In this document: positions 26,479 through 36,068 of the stretch, piece after piece | Layout: each line of letters starts with the position of its first letter | Numbering within the stretch: position 1 is the stretch's first letter | Assembly: GCA_039714975.1 (NCBI GenBank) | Contig: JBDLIH010000005.1 | Span: 12,857 to 76,856, forward strand | DNA: 64,000 nt | DNA from: Pseudomonadota bacterium | GTDB lineage: Bacteria; Pseudomonadota; Gammaproteobacteria; UBA9214 | Reading direction: 5' to 3' | The notes under the pieces: generated by a model | The model's input: only the letters and a program-made list of their open reading frames with translations | What the model was told of the DNA's origin: nothing | Database searches by the model: none | Position numbers and translations under genes: made by a program

Positions 26479-26949
26479 CTACGAATTATCCTTTATGATC
26501 ATGACCGGAATCGGTGCCAGGCGGACCACCTGTTCCGCCTTGGATCCCAGCAGTACATGGGATATTCCGGTACGCCCCATACTGCCCATGATGATCATGC
26601 GTGCATTGAGTTTGCTTGCCGTTTCCAGGATCCGGGTTACCGGCAGCCCAACGGCCTGGATCGCCTGTGCATCTTTCAGGGTCTGTCGTTCGGGATATTT
26701 CTCCCTTATCTCCCGCATGAAGTTTTCCAGCATCTCGGTGGCAACATCTTCCATCCGGGCCATATGCTTCTTCCTGCCTTTGACTGCATAGTAGCCCGGT
26801 GCCTGGGCCAGATCATGGACAACGTGCAGGACAACGAGTGGCAGGTTCAGCACTTCGGCCATTTCGGCTGCGCACACCAGGGCTGCCTCTGAATGGGGTG
26901 AAAAATCGATGGGGACCAGAATCGTCTGGTTCTTTGTTTTTGAGGCCAT
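26479..26949 (-). CDS. Universal stress protein (UspA family)
   Basis: ILVPIDFSPHSEAAL, LVVLHVV and IIMGSMGRTGISHVLLGSKAEQV. Confidence 0.85.
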   Translation of the reverse strand: MASKTKNQTILVPIDFSPHSEAALVCAAEMAEVLNLPLVVLHVVHDLAQAPGYYAVKGRKKHMARMEDVATEMLENFMREIREKYPERQTLKDAQAIQAVGLPVTRILETASKLNARMIIMGSMGRTGISHVLLGSKAEQVVRLAPIPVMIIKDNS

Positions 26950-27095
26950 TATTTTATCCTGCGTTTTTAAAGCGGGTGTTTTATTGGATGCCAGTGCCTT
27001 AGCCTAATACTTGTTATGGAATAAATAAAGCATAACTCACGCATCCCGAAAGAATCTAACAGCAGGACAGCTGCTATCGGGCAAGGAAGTCGCCT

Positions 27096-27113
27096 CTGTC
27101 ACAAAACCGTCAA
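27096..27113 (+). promoter_or_regulatory. Pho-box-like direct repeat upstream of the PitR-like/PiT pair
   Basis: CTGTCAC-AAAA-CCGTCAA, with half-site cores 11 bp apart. No convincing -10 hexamer at the expected 10-nt distance. Confidence 0.35.
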
Positions 27114-27288
27114 TGTATCCACAAGCCTGCAGGCAATATGGAATAACCCCTTCAATCAACAGGTGTATGTATCTATACTTCGTATTTCAGATAGATGTGT
27201 TCCTGGTGCTGACTGCGAGTATTTACTGGCAAACACTGACCGGAGCATTATGGGGAAATCAGCAACACTAACAAGAGAGGTGATGGTA

Positions 27289-27969
27289 ATGCCCGCCACA
27301 ATCAACTTCAGCAAGCTTTTCGGGAAGTCTCCCTTCAAGCCCATGAAGAAGCACATGAGCATCGCCAACGAGTGCGCGATGCATATGCCAAGCGCCATGG
27401 AAGCCTTCTTCAAACGCGACAAGGAGACACTCAAGGATATCAAGCACAGCATTTCCCAGCTTGAGGGGGATGCCGACAAGATCCTGGAAGAACTGCAGAG
27501 CCGCTTGCCCAAGACCATGTTCATGCCGGTGGATCGCCGGGACCTGCTGGACGTGATGGAAATGCAGGAGGCCATTGCTGACCGTACCCAGGACATCATT
27601 GGCCTCATGCTTGACTTGCCCATGGATGTGCCCGAGGAAATGCACAAGCCCATTATGCGGCTTGTCAATAGTGTCACCGATGCAGTTAACGGTGCCTACA
27701 ACATCGTCAAGGCTTTCGAAGACCTTGTCGAGACCGGTTTCAAGGGCCCGCATGTGGAAAAGACACAGAGGTTGATTCACAACGTGGTTGGCATGGAAAC
27801 CGATGCCGATACCATTGGCACCGATATCACTCACACATTGTTCGCCCATGCCAAGGAAATGGATCCGGTTTCGGTTGTGTTCCTCTACCGCCTGATCGGA
27901 TGGATTGACGATCTGGCCGACTATTCTGAAGAACTTGCCATGCGCGCACGCCTGATGCTGGCGCGTTAA
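27289..27969 (+). CDS. DUF47/TIGR00153-type PhoU-like phosphate transport regulator (PitR-like)
   Basis: FSKLFGKSPFKPMKKH...ISQLEGDADKI. Start set to ATG 27289, 8 nt after GAGAGG. The track start is GTG 27163. Confidence 0.85.
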   Translation: MPATINFSKLFGKSPFKPMKKHMSIANECAMHMPSAMEAFFKRDKETLKDIKHSISQLEGDADKILEELQSRLPKTMFMPVDRRDLLDVMEMQEAIADRTQDIIGLMLDLPMDVPEEMHKPIMRLVNSVTDAVNGAYNIVKAFEDLVETGFKGPHVEKTQRLIHNVVGMETDADTIGTDITHTLFAHAKEMDPVSVVFLYRLIGWIDDLADYSEELAMRARLMLAR

Positions 27970-27998
27970 TACTCAATAAATTACAAGGGGGAGGAGCC

Positions 27999-29285
27999 AT
28001 GGGGATCATTGCCGAATACGGCACGGTTTTCATGATACTGGCCATCGTATTTGGCCTCTACCTGACATGGGGTATCGGGGCCAACGATGTCGCCAATGCC
28101 ATGGGCACCTCGGTCGGTTCGGGTGCCATCACCGTCAAGCAGGCGATCATCATCGCCGCAATTTTTGAATTTGCCGGTGCCTTCATTGCCGGTGGTTCAG
28201 TCACCAAGACTATCCGCAAGGGGATCATCAATCCCGAAGCCATTACCGGTACGCCGGAGATCCTGCTGTTCGGCATGCTGGCTGCCATGCTGGCTGCAGG
28301 CGTCTGGTTGATGATTGCCTCCTGGCGGGGATGGCCGGTCTCGACGACCCATACAATCATCGGTGGACTGGTCGGTTTTGCCGTGGTGGCCATCGGCATA
28401 AGCGCTGTCAACTGGGGCAAGATCGGTCAGATAGTCGCCAGCTGGCTGATATCCCCCCTGCTTGGCGGGGCTCTTGCCTATGGTTTGATGATCAGTATCC
28501 AGCGACTGATATTGAGGACCGACAAACCGTTCGAGAATGCGAAGAAATGGGGGCCGATGTATGTCTTCCTGGTCGGCTGGATCGTCAGTCTGGTGACCAT
28601 GTTCAAGGGTCTGAAACATCTGCATCTGGAAATCGGTCCTGTGACCACTTTCGTGCTCGCGGTGTTATTCGGTCTGGTGCTTGCTTACATCGGCAAGCGT
28701 ATGATCAATCGCATCCAGGTCGATGAGGCGGCCGATGAGGAATTTCACTTTGCCAGTGTCGAAAAGGCATTCGCACCCATGATGATATTTACCTCCTGTG
28801 CCATGGCCTTTGCACACGGTTCCAATGATGTTGCCAATGGTATCGGCCCGCTGGCGGCGGTGGTCAGCCTGGTCAAATCTGGCGGTGAAGTGGCGCAGAG
28901 CGCGGATATGCCCTTGTGGATTCTGGTGCTTGGCGGTATCGGCATCGTGGTCGGCCTGACCACGCTGGGTTACCGGGTGATGCGCACCATCGGTAGCGAG
29001 ATCACTCACCTCACGCCCACACGCGGCTATTGTGCGACCCTGGCGGCGGCTACCACCGTGGTGCTGGCCTCCAAGACGGGCTTGCCGGTATCGACAACCC
29101 ACATTGCGGTCGGTGCGGTCATGGGTGTGGGTATGACCAGTGGCGTGGCGGCCGTGGATCTGCGGGTCATCAGGGACATCGTCGCATCATGGGTGATTAC
29201 CCTCCCCGCAGGTGCAGTAATGGCGATAGTGTTCTTTTTCATGCTGAAGGGGATTTTTGGCATAAGCTGTCCCCCCTGTTCCTGA
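27999..29285 (+). CDS. Inorganic phosphate transporter, PiT family
   Basis: PHO4 signatures GANDVANAMGTSVGSGA and GSNDVANGIGPLA. Polytopic. Confidence 0.9.
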   Translation: MGIIAEYGTVFMILAIVFGLYLTWGIGANDVANAMGTSVGSGAITVKQAIIIAAIFEFAGAFIAGGSVTKTIRKGIINPEAITGTPEILLFGMLAAMLAAGVWLMIASWRGWPVSTTHTIIGGLVGFAVVAIGISAVNWGKIGQIVASWLISPLLGGALAYGLMISIQRLILRTDKPFENAKKWGPMYVFLVGWIVSLVTMFKGLKHLHLEIGPVTTFVLAVLFGLVLAYIGKRMINRIQVDEAADEEFHFASVEKAFAPMMIFTSCAMAFAHGSNDVANGIGPLAAVVSLVKSGGEVAQSADMPLWILVLGGIGIVVGLTTLGYRVMRTIGSEITHLTPTRGYCATLAAATTVVLASKTGLPVSTTHIAVGAVMGVGMTSGVAAVDLRVIRDIVASWVITLPAGAVMAIVFFFMLKGIFGISCPPCS

Positions 29286-29301
29286 CAGGCAGTGCGACAA
29301 C

Positions 29302-31593
29302 TTATTCTTTATGTTTCAGTCGGTTGTGGAAATGGTTCAGGAGTTTCTTGCGTAACTTGGCCTGCTGGTGTTTCGATGCAGCAGCCATGCGTTTCTGTGC
29401 CAGCTGGATGAAGGTCTCCTGTGAACTGAGTGATTTTTTGCCGCTGGTATCCTTGCGTTCGATATAGCTGCCGTCCGCCTGCATCTCCCAGACATGCTTG
29501 CGGCTGGATAGCTGGACATCGATGATCAGGCGCAGTTCCTGCCGCAGTTTTGCGTCTTCGACAGGGGTAACGACTTCCACACGGCTTTCCAGGTTGCGTT
29601 TCATGAGATCGGCAGAGCCTATGAAGTATTCCTCATCGCCGTTGTTGTGGAAATAATAGATCCGCGCATGTTCCAGAAAACGCCCGATGACACCGATGAC
29701 CTGGGTGCTTTCGGTCAGACCGGGAAGCCCCGGTCGCAGGCGGCAGGTGTCACGTACGATGAGGTCTACCTTGACACCCGCCCGGGCGGCACGATACAGG
29801 GCCCGGGTGATGTCCACATCTTCCAGTGCATTCATCTTGAACTGAATCAGACCCGGAGTCGCCGGCGAATGGTTCTTGATCTCCCGGTCGATTTTTTCAA
29901 TCAGGGTCTTTTTCAGGGTGTACGGGGAGGTCAGTATCTTGCGATACCTCGGTGGAGGTGAATAGCCGGTCAGGTAGTTGAACAGTTCGGTCAGGTCCTT
30001 GGCGATGGCTTCGTCGCAGGTCAGCATGCCGAGATCGCAGTACAGGTGTGCGGTGCCGGCGTGGTAATTGCCGGTTCCGATGTGGGCATAGCGGCGCAGG
30101 CCATTGTAATCCTTGCGAACCACGAGGATGACCTTGCTGTGCGTCTTGAGTCCGACGACACCATAGGTGACATGGATGCCGGCCTGTTCCATGCGCCGTG
30201 CCCAGCGTATGTTCGCCGCCTCGTCGAAACGCGCCTTGAGTTCAACGAGTACAGCGACCTGTTTGCCGTTGCGCGATGCATTGACAAGTGAGTCGACAAT
30301 TTCGCTGTCTTCCGATGTGCGGTACAGCGTCATCTTGATGGCCAGTACCTTGGGATCTTCACTTGCAGTGCGCAGGAAGCGTTCCACACTGGTACTGAAA
30401 GATTCATAGGGGTGCTGCAGCAACAAGGCGCCACGTTCCCGGATGATGTGAAAGATATTGCGGGAGTCATGGACCAGCCGGGTATGCTCTACCGGTTTGT
30501 GGGGTGCATCATGCAACTCGGGGAAGTCCAGGCCGGCGATCGTGAACAGATCGCGCATGGCCATCATCGATTCAACCCCGAACACATCGGCTGCCTCATC
30601 GAGCCCCAGTTCGGCGGCCAGCATGCCCCGGTGGGTCGGGTTCATGTCCTGTTCGACCTGCAGGCGGACGATGGGTGCAAAGTGACGGTCGCGCAACTCG
30701 GTTTCGATCATTGCCAGCAGGTCATCCGCCTCTTCTTCCTCTATTTCCACGACGGCATTGCGGGTAACCCGGAAAAGTTCACAGGAGGTGATCTCCATTC
30801 CCGGAAATAACAGGTCCAGGTTGTTGCTGACAACGTCCTCGAGTTTCACATAGATGTTGCTGTCATCAACATGCAAAAACCGTGGTGCAATCCCTTTCAC
30901 CATGGGCACCTTGACACGGGCATAGTGGGAGGCGCTGCCGCCCGGGTAGCGCAGTGAAACCAGCAGATTCAGGGCGAGATTGGAGATAAAGGGAAATGGA
31001 TGTCCGGGGTCCATGGCCAGGGGTGTCAGCAGCGGGAAGATGTTGGTGATAAATTTGTCCCGCAGCAGTTTCCGCTCACCCGGCTTCAGTTCGGTATAAC
31101 GGCTGAGCCGTATGCCCTGTGCATCCAGTAACTCGTGCAGTTGCCGGTAAATCCGGTTCTGCTCCTGGTGAGTATCCCGCACGACCACCTGGCTTTCCCG
31201 GAGTTGTTCCATCGGTGTCCGGCCATCAACCGATGGTGTGCGAATACCGGCAGCGATCTGCTGTTTCAGCCCGCCAACACGTTTCATGAAAAATTCATCG
31301 AGATTGGCGCTGACGATTGCAAGGAACTTGACGCGTTCCAGCAGGGGGGTGGCATCATCCGCAGCCATGTGCAGTACGCGGCGATTGAACTCCAGCCAGG
31401 TCAATTCCCGGTTCAGGTAGAGTGACGGATCATCCAGGTTGATCCTGGGCGTCTGTGTAGTGCGTGTTGCAGTCGTGTTTTTGCCTGTGGGTCGGGTACG
31501 TTTTGTAGCCGCTTTTTTGCGGGTCCCGGGACGGGCTGTGCTGCTTAGAGTTGATGATGCGGGTCGACCCTTTCTGGTTACGGGTTTATCCAT
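29302..31593 (-). CDS. ppk1: Polyphosphate kinase 1 with basic N-terminal extension
   Basis: YLNRELTWLEFNRRVL, and the autophosphorylation region ...DRHFAPIVRL. Two PLD-like C domains (HSKVILVVR). ~55 extra N-terminal residues are rich in R/K/T. Confidence 0.95.
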   Translation of the reverse strand: MDKPVTRKGRPASSTLSSTARPGTRKKAATKRTRPTGKNTTATRTTQTPRINLDDPSLYLNRELTWLEFNRRVLHMAADDATPLLERVKFLAIVSANLDEFFMKRVGGLKQQIAAGIRTPSVDGRTPMEQLRESQVVVRDTHQEQNRIYRQLHELLDAQGIRLSRYTELKPGERKLLRDKFITNIFPLLTPLAMDPGHPFPFISNLALNLLVSLRYPGGSASHYARVKVPMVKGIAPRFLHVDDSNIYVKLEDVVSNNLDLLFPGMEITSCELFRVTRNAVVEIEEEEADDLLAMIETELRDRHFAPIVRLQVEQDMNPTHRGMLAAELGLDEAADVFGVESMMAMRDLFTIAGLDFPELHDAPHKPVEHTRLVHDSRNIFHIIRERGALLLQHPYESFSTSVERFLRTASEDPKVLAIKMTLYRTSEDSEIVDSLVNASRNGKQVAVLVELKARFDEAANIRWARRMEQAGIHVTYGVVGLKTHSKVILVVRKDYNGLRRYAHIGTGNYHAGTAHLYCDLGMLTCDEAIAKDLTELFNYLTGYSPPPRYRKILTSPYTLKKTLIEKIDREIKNHSPATPGLIQFKMNALEDVDITRALYRAARAGVKVDLIVRDTCRLRPGLPGLTESTQVIGVIGRFLEHARIYYFHNNGDEEYFIGSADLMKRNLESRVEVVTPVEDAKLRQELRLIIDVQLSSRKHVWEMQADGSYIERKDTSGKKSLSSQETFIQLAQKRMAAASKHQQAKLRKKLLNHFHNRLKHKE

Positions 31594-31801
31594 TTTTTCT
31601 ATTGTCTCTCATGGGCTGGCCACCGAATCTATCAGTTTAAAATGACAGGTTAATTGATCCGCATCAAATATATGGAGGTTTCCTGCTGATAATGTAACCT
31701 ATTGGTCCTCGTTTGTTTAGCGATTCGGGATGCATGTATGGCTGCTGCCTGTGCGGACAGGTGGCACAGGGGAGCGCTGGGGCTATCCGGGTATAAGTCA
31801 A

Positions 31802-33349
31802 ATGGAAAGTATAATTCAGGAAATAATTCAGCAATGGGGTGCCATTAAGGCGTTTTTTGACTTTGATACCGCGCGCCTGGCAGAACCCGATATGATCTTT
31901 CGCCTGGGTATCCAGGTGATGTTGCTGTGTGGTTCTGCCTTCTTTTCCGGCTCGGAAACCGCTCTGTTCTCCCTGTCCCGTCTGGACCTGCAGAAACTTC
32001 GCCGGGAGCGTAACCGCCATACCGAGACCCTGCATGCCTTGCTGGATCAGCCGCGGCGGCTGATTATCTCCATTCTCTGTGGCAATGAACTGGTCAACAT
32101 TGCGGCGGCTGCCAATATGACGGGGATACTGGTGGTCCTTTATGGTGTGGAGCGTGCGGGCTGGATCAGTGTCCTGGTCATGGTTCCCCTGTTGTTGCTG
32201 TTTGGCGAGGTGACGCCGAAGACCATTTCGGTATCGAATCCTGTGCGAGTCAGCACCGGGATAGTGGCCACACCCATGAGTGTGTGGGTCAGGCTGATTG
32301 CGCCACTGGTGTGGGCGATTCGCAGTGTTGCCGACCGCATTACCACTCTGATCGTCGGCGAGGAAAAAGCCGCCGAGAATATTCTGCAACTGGACGAATT
32401 CCGCACGCTGGTGGAGGAGGTCGCCAAGGAAGGGGAACTCAATGCAACCGAGCGTGCCCTGATTTACAACCTGCTGGAAGCGGGGGATACGGAAGTCGTC
32501 GAGATCATGACCCCGCGGACGCGCACGGCCTTTCTTAATGCGGAGATGACAGTACCTGAAATGGTCGAGCGGTTCCGCACTTTCCGTCATCCGCGGGTCC
32601 CGGTTTTCAGGGAACACCGTGATAACCTGGTTGGCTTTGTCCATGCCGAGGATATCCTGCGGCTGGTACTTGATGAAACCAACCTGATGTCACTGGGGCT
32701 GGATGACATTATGCATTCACCGGTGGTGGTTCCCCTTACCAAGAAAGTCGATGAGATGTTTGACTTTTTTACAGTAAACAATGCCCGTGCCGCGGCAGTG
32801 CTGAACGAGTTCGGCGGGGTCGAGGGCTTCGTTACTATGAAAGATGTTCTGACCTTTATCTTTGGTCAGATTTCCGGTGATGTCGAGGGGCAGGAGTTGT
32901 ATCACGAACGTGACGAGGACGCCTATGAGGTGGACGGTGATATGAAGCTGACAGACTTCAATAACCTGAGTAACTTCGGGATTGAGGACCCCCGCATGAC
33001 GACCATCGGCGGTGTCGCATTCCGGCACCTGGACCGCCTGCCCAGGGTTGGCGACAGCATCAGTATTGAAGATATCAGTATCACCGTCCTGGCAATGGAT
33101 GAACACCGGATTGCACGCGTCAGGGTGAGCCGTGGCAACCGGGACGATGAGGTGTTTGCCGCAGAAGCACTGGCTGACTCCATTGATACAGAAGCAGCGT
33201 CAGATGGATATCACAATGACGGGATGCCTGATTCGGATGGCGATGAAGACGTCACTGCTGACAATCAATTAATCAATGATGATACCCCACCCGGGTCTGC
33301 CGGCACGGGTGGTGCAGACAACGACCCTGACCACAAGGTGATTCACTGA
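31802..33349 (+). CDS. CNNM/CorC-HlyC family transporter with acidic C-terminal tail
   Basis: LLCGSAFFSGSETALFSL, a CBS pair and CorC_HlyC. The tail reads ...DSDGDEDVTADNQLINDDTPPGSAGTGGADNDPD. The start is uncertain (31730, 31802 or a later ATG). Confidence 0.8.
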   Translation: MESIIQEIIQQWGAIKAFFDFDTARLAEPDMIFRLGIQVMLLCGSAFFSGSETALFSLSRLDLQKLRRERNRHTETLHALLDQPRRLIISILCGNELVNIAAAANMTGILVVLYGVERAGWISVLVMVPLLLLFGEVTPKTISVSNPVRVSTGIVATPMSVWVRLIAPLVWAIRSVADRITTLIVGEEKAAENILQLDEFRTLVEEVAKEGELNATERALIYNLLEAGDTEVVEIMTPRTRTAFLNAEMTVPEMVERFRTFRHPRVPVFREHRDNLVGFVHAEDILRLVLDETNLMSLGLDDIMHSPVVVPLTKKVDEMFDFFTVNNARAAAVLNEFGGVEGFVTMKDVLTFIFGQISGDVEGQELYHERDEDAYEVDGDMKLTDFNNLSNFGIEDPRMTTIGGVAFRHLDRLPRVGDSISIEDISITVLAMDEHRIARVRVSRGNRDDEVFAAEALADSIDTEAASDGYHNDGMPDSDGDEDVTADNQLINDDTPPGSAGTGGADNDPDHKVIH

Positions 33350-33366
33350 GGTCTGGAGAAGCGCTT

Positions 33367-34626
33367 ATGGATTTTCTGATTATATTACTGGTGATGGTGT
33401 TGCTCCTGCTGCTGAAGGGGTTTTTCTCGGGCTCGGAAATCGCCCTTGTTAACTCGGACAAGTTCAAGATGCACCACAAGGCGAATCAGGGAAACCGCGG
33501 TGCCAGGTTGGTGCTCAAGTTGTTCGAGACGCCGGATGTATTGCTGGGCACTACACTGGTCGGGACCAATATAGCGACCATTATTCTGACGACGCTCGGG
33601 ACCATGCTGATGATTCGCTCGTTCGGCCAATTGGGCGACCTGTACGCCGTGCTGTTGTTTACGCCCCTGTTCCTGGTGCTGGGCGAGATTGTGCCCAAGA
33701 GTGTGTTTCAGCAGAAATCCAACGAGATTGCACCGATGATGGTGTATCCCTTGCGGGTGTTTTCCATACTGTTCTATCCCATTGTGTTTGTCTTTTCACG
33801 CATCGCACGTCTGGTCGCGCGTCTCGTGGGCGGCGGCAAGACCGAGCAGACTGTCTTTATTACCCGGGAACAGATGCGCATGGTGGTGGACATGGCCGAA
33901 CGCGGGGCCAATGTAGACGTCTTTGACCGTGTACGCATCAAGCGTGTCATTCGTTTCGCGGAAACCTCGGTAGGCGAGGCCATGATACCGGTAGCCGAGA
34001 TGACGGCGATCAACCGCAACCGGGACACCCGCAGTGCCATTACCCTGGTACGTCGGCGTGGCTATAACCGGCTCCCGGTATATAGCCGGAATATCAGCAA
34101 TATCGTGGGTATTGTTACACTGACAACCTGGGATCTGATGGACCAGGAACTGCCGGATCGTCCCCTGGAGGAACTCATCAAGCCGGCCCACTATGTTTCT
34201 CCTTACCAGACGATCGATCAGTTGCTGCCCATTTTGCGTAACCGCGATGATCACATGGCCATTGTGGTGAATGAATTCGGTTCGGCGATCGGCATGATCA
34301 CCATGGAAGATATCCTGGAAGAGGTGGTTGGTGAAATAGATGTCGGGTATGACTTCGAGGAATACCTGCCACGTCGGAAACGTATTTTCGAAATGCTGGA
34401 TGAAGAGACTTACCTGATGGATGCGCGCCTGCCCATTTCTGAAGTCAACGAATTGCTTGGCACCAGTCTGCCGGCCGTGGAATCACATACTATTGGTGGT
34501 CTGATGATGGCTCGGTTACGCCATATTCCCGATGAAGGGGAGTCCATTGTGGAATCGGGATTTAAATTTACGGTAACTGAGGCAACCGACCGGGCTGTTG
34601 TGAAGTTGCGGGTTGAACCGGCGTAG
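33367..34626 (+). CDS. CNNM/CorC-HlyC family transporter
   Basis: LLLLKGFFSGSEIALV, a CBS pair and a CorC_HlyC C-terminus. Lies 18 nt after the preceding paralog. Confidence 0.85.
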   Translation: MDFLIILLVMVLLLLLKGFFSGSEIALVNSDKFKMHHKANQGNRGARLVLKLFETPDVLLGTTLVGTNIATIILTTLGTMLMIRSFGQLGDLYAVLLFTPLFLVLGEIVPKSVFQQKSNEIAPMMVYPLRVFSILFYPIVFVFSRIARLVARLVGGGKTEQTVFITREQMRMVVDMAERGANVDVFDRVRIKRVIRFAETSVGEAMIPVAEMTAINRNRDTRSAITLVRRRGYNRLPVYSRNISNIVGIVTLTTWDLMDQELPDRPLEELIKPAHYVSPYQTIDQLLPILRNRDDHMAIVVNEFGSAIGMITMEDILEEVVGEIDVGYDFEEYLPRRKRIFEMLDEETYLMDARLPISEVNELLGTSLPAVESHTIGGLMMARLRHIPDEGESIVESGFKFTVTEATDRAVVKLRVEPA

Positions 34627-34642
34627 GAAAAGGGGGGAGAAC

Positions 34643-34921
34643 ATGGCTGAACCATCTGATGAAGATGGCGTCATTCTGGCGCTCATCGAGAGATTCGAAA
34701 AACAGAGACTTCCAAGGCTCAAGGCACTCAAAGAGAAGGTTGACAGAGGCGAAGTGCTGGGCGAAGGGGATGTTAAATTCCTGGAAACGGTGATAGACGA
34801 TGCCCAGCAGAGCAAACAGTTAATAGACCGGCATCCGGAATGGCAGTCATTTTGCTCGTATGTAGTACACCTCTATGAAACGATCACTGAAAAGGCACTG
34901 GAAAACGAAAAGACGCCATAG
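34643..34921 (+). CDS. Hypothetical 92-aa helical acidic protein
   Basis: ATG 34643 is preceded by AAGGGGGGAGA. Lies directly after the CNNM pair. No family recognised. Confidence 0.5.
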   Translation: MAEPSDEDGVILALIERFEKQRLPRLKALKEKVDRGEVLGEGDVKFLETVIDDAQQSKQLIDRHPEWQSFCSYVVHLYETITEKALENEKTP

Positions 34922-34963
34922 GGCGCAGGCCTTCTGCTGGAAGTGGAACGCCATGCCGGTATG

Positions 34964-35992
34964 CTAGCTGAGTGAAAACACTGTCCTGTCAAGCAGTTCT
35001 CTTTTAGGGAACATTGCCAGTGTGACCACACGGGGCAGGTCATTGCCAAAAGTTACTTCGGTCAGGTTGAGTTCGTTGACTGCCTGTGCTGAATCGTCGC
35101 TGATCTTGACGCCCATCTTGTTGAGCCTGAGTGGAAAATTCCTGACACTGACAAAATCTTCCGGCTTGCTGAACACGTCCATTACCTGCTCCAGCATTAC
35201 TTGTGGGGTCAGCAGTGGATTATTCATCATTTGTTTCTCGGCCTTTCCCAGTTCCAGGCTGGTCTCTTCAATGCTGTATGCAAGTTTGACGGCAGTTGGG
35301 GTGCCTTGTCCCGCTTCACCTGCTTTTTGATTGTAGTGTCTGAGCCTCGCGTGCAGCATCTGATGCCTGCTTTGCAGTTGGTCGCTTGCAAACCGCAGTT
35401 GCACGATTTGCTCGAGCGCTTTTGTCACCAGGCCCTGGAACAGGCAGTTCTTGAGTCCTTCCCGTGTTTCAGGCTCACTCGGGGCGGGTGAATAAACCCT
35501 GTGATCCGAGAAGCTGACTGCAGTCTGCAAGACATCCTTTTTCAGCATATTGCCTGACAGTTCCATTCCCATGACGGTTTTCTCTGAGCGACGCATGCAT
35601 AACAGGGCGCAGCAACGGGTATCACTGTCATGGCAGGATTCCATATAATCCTGTACTTCGGAGCTGTGACTGAAAATCGATTGCAAATCCGTGACATTCG
35701 TGAAAAAGGCATTCACATAGGGGTCGGAGACAAAAGTACTGCTGCTGACTTCAATGGCTGCAGGCATCTGGTTGACGAGATCATCAGCAAGTTCGAGCGA
35801 GCCTCGAATATAATTCTGCAGTTTCTTTTTATAGCCGGGTACCAGCCGGATCTTGCTGTCCGTACCATCCACCACGTTTTCCACGGTGTTGAGGACATCA
35901 GCGGCACTGCTGCGTCCAGGTGTTTTCCCCTGGCCGTTACGCTGGAAGGTATCCCGCAGTGCGGAAAATTTGTTGTCCATAAAATGCCACAT
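34964..35992 (-). CDS. Hypothetical protein (342 aa)
   Basis: A long ORF with ordinary composition and the only minus-strand gene in this stretch. No family recognised. Confidence 0.5.
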   Translation of the reverse strand: MWHFMDNKFSALRDTFQRNGQGKTPGRSSAADVLNTVENVVDGTDSKIRLVPGYKKKLQNYIRGSLELADDLVNQMPAAIEVSSSTFVSDPYVNAFFTNVTDLQSIFSHSSEVQDYMESCHDSDTRCCALLCMRRSEKTVMGMELSGNMLKKDVLQTAVSFSDHRVYSPAPSEPETREGLKNCLFQGLVTKALEQIVQLRFASDQLQSRHQMLHARLRHYNQKAGEAGQGTPTAVKLAYSIEETSLELGKAEKQMMNNPLLTPQVMLEQVMDVFSKPEDFVSVRNFPLRLNKMGVKISDDSAQAVNELNLTEVTFGNDLPRVVTLAMFPKRELLDRTVFSLS

Positions 35993-36068
35993 AACGATGG
36001 CCCCCTGTTTTTATTACTAAAGTATAGGATGCCCCGATCCATTTGTCATTGTGTCATAATAGTCTGCC

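Noticed and set aside
31642-31661. Pho-box half-site CTGTCAT (minus strand) about 50 nt upstream of ppk1.
   Set aside because: The second half-site (CTGATAG) is 13 bp away rather than 11 and is poorly matched. There is no plausible -10 at the right distance.
31762-31778. TGGCAC at 31762 as another sigma-54 promoter (upstream of, or inside, the CNNM 5' region). Also TGGCAT at about 10783.
   Set aside because: There is no GC dinucleotide at the required GG-N10-GC spacing. The downstream sequence does not resemble TTGC.
31664-32644. 326-aa minus-strand ORF spanning the ppk1/CNNM intergenic region and the 5' part of the CNNM gene.
   Set aside because: It is antisense to a well-supported DUF21-CBS transporter. 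Its composition is R/H/Q/G-rich, and it has no SD or family motif.
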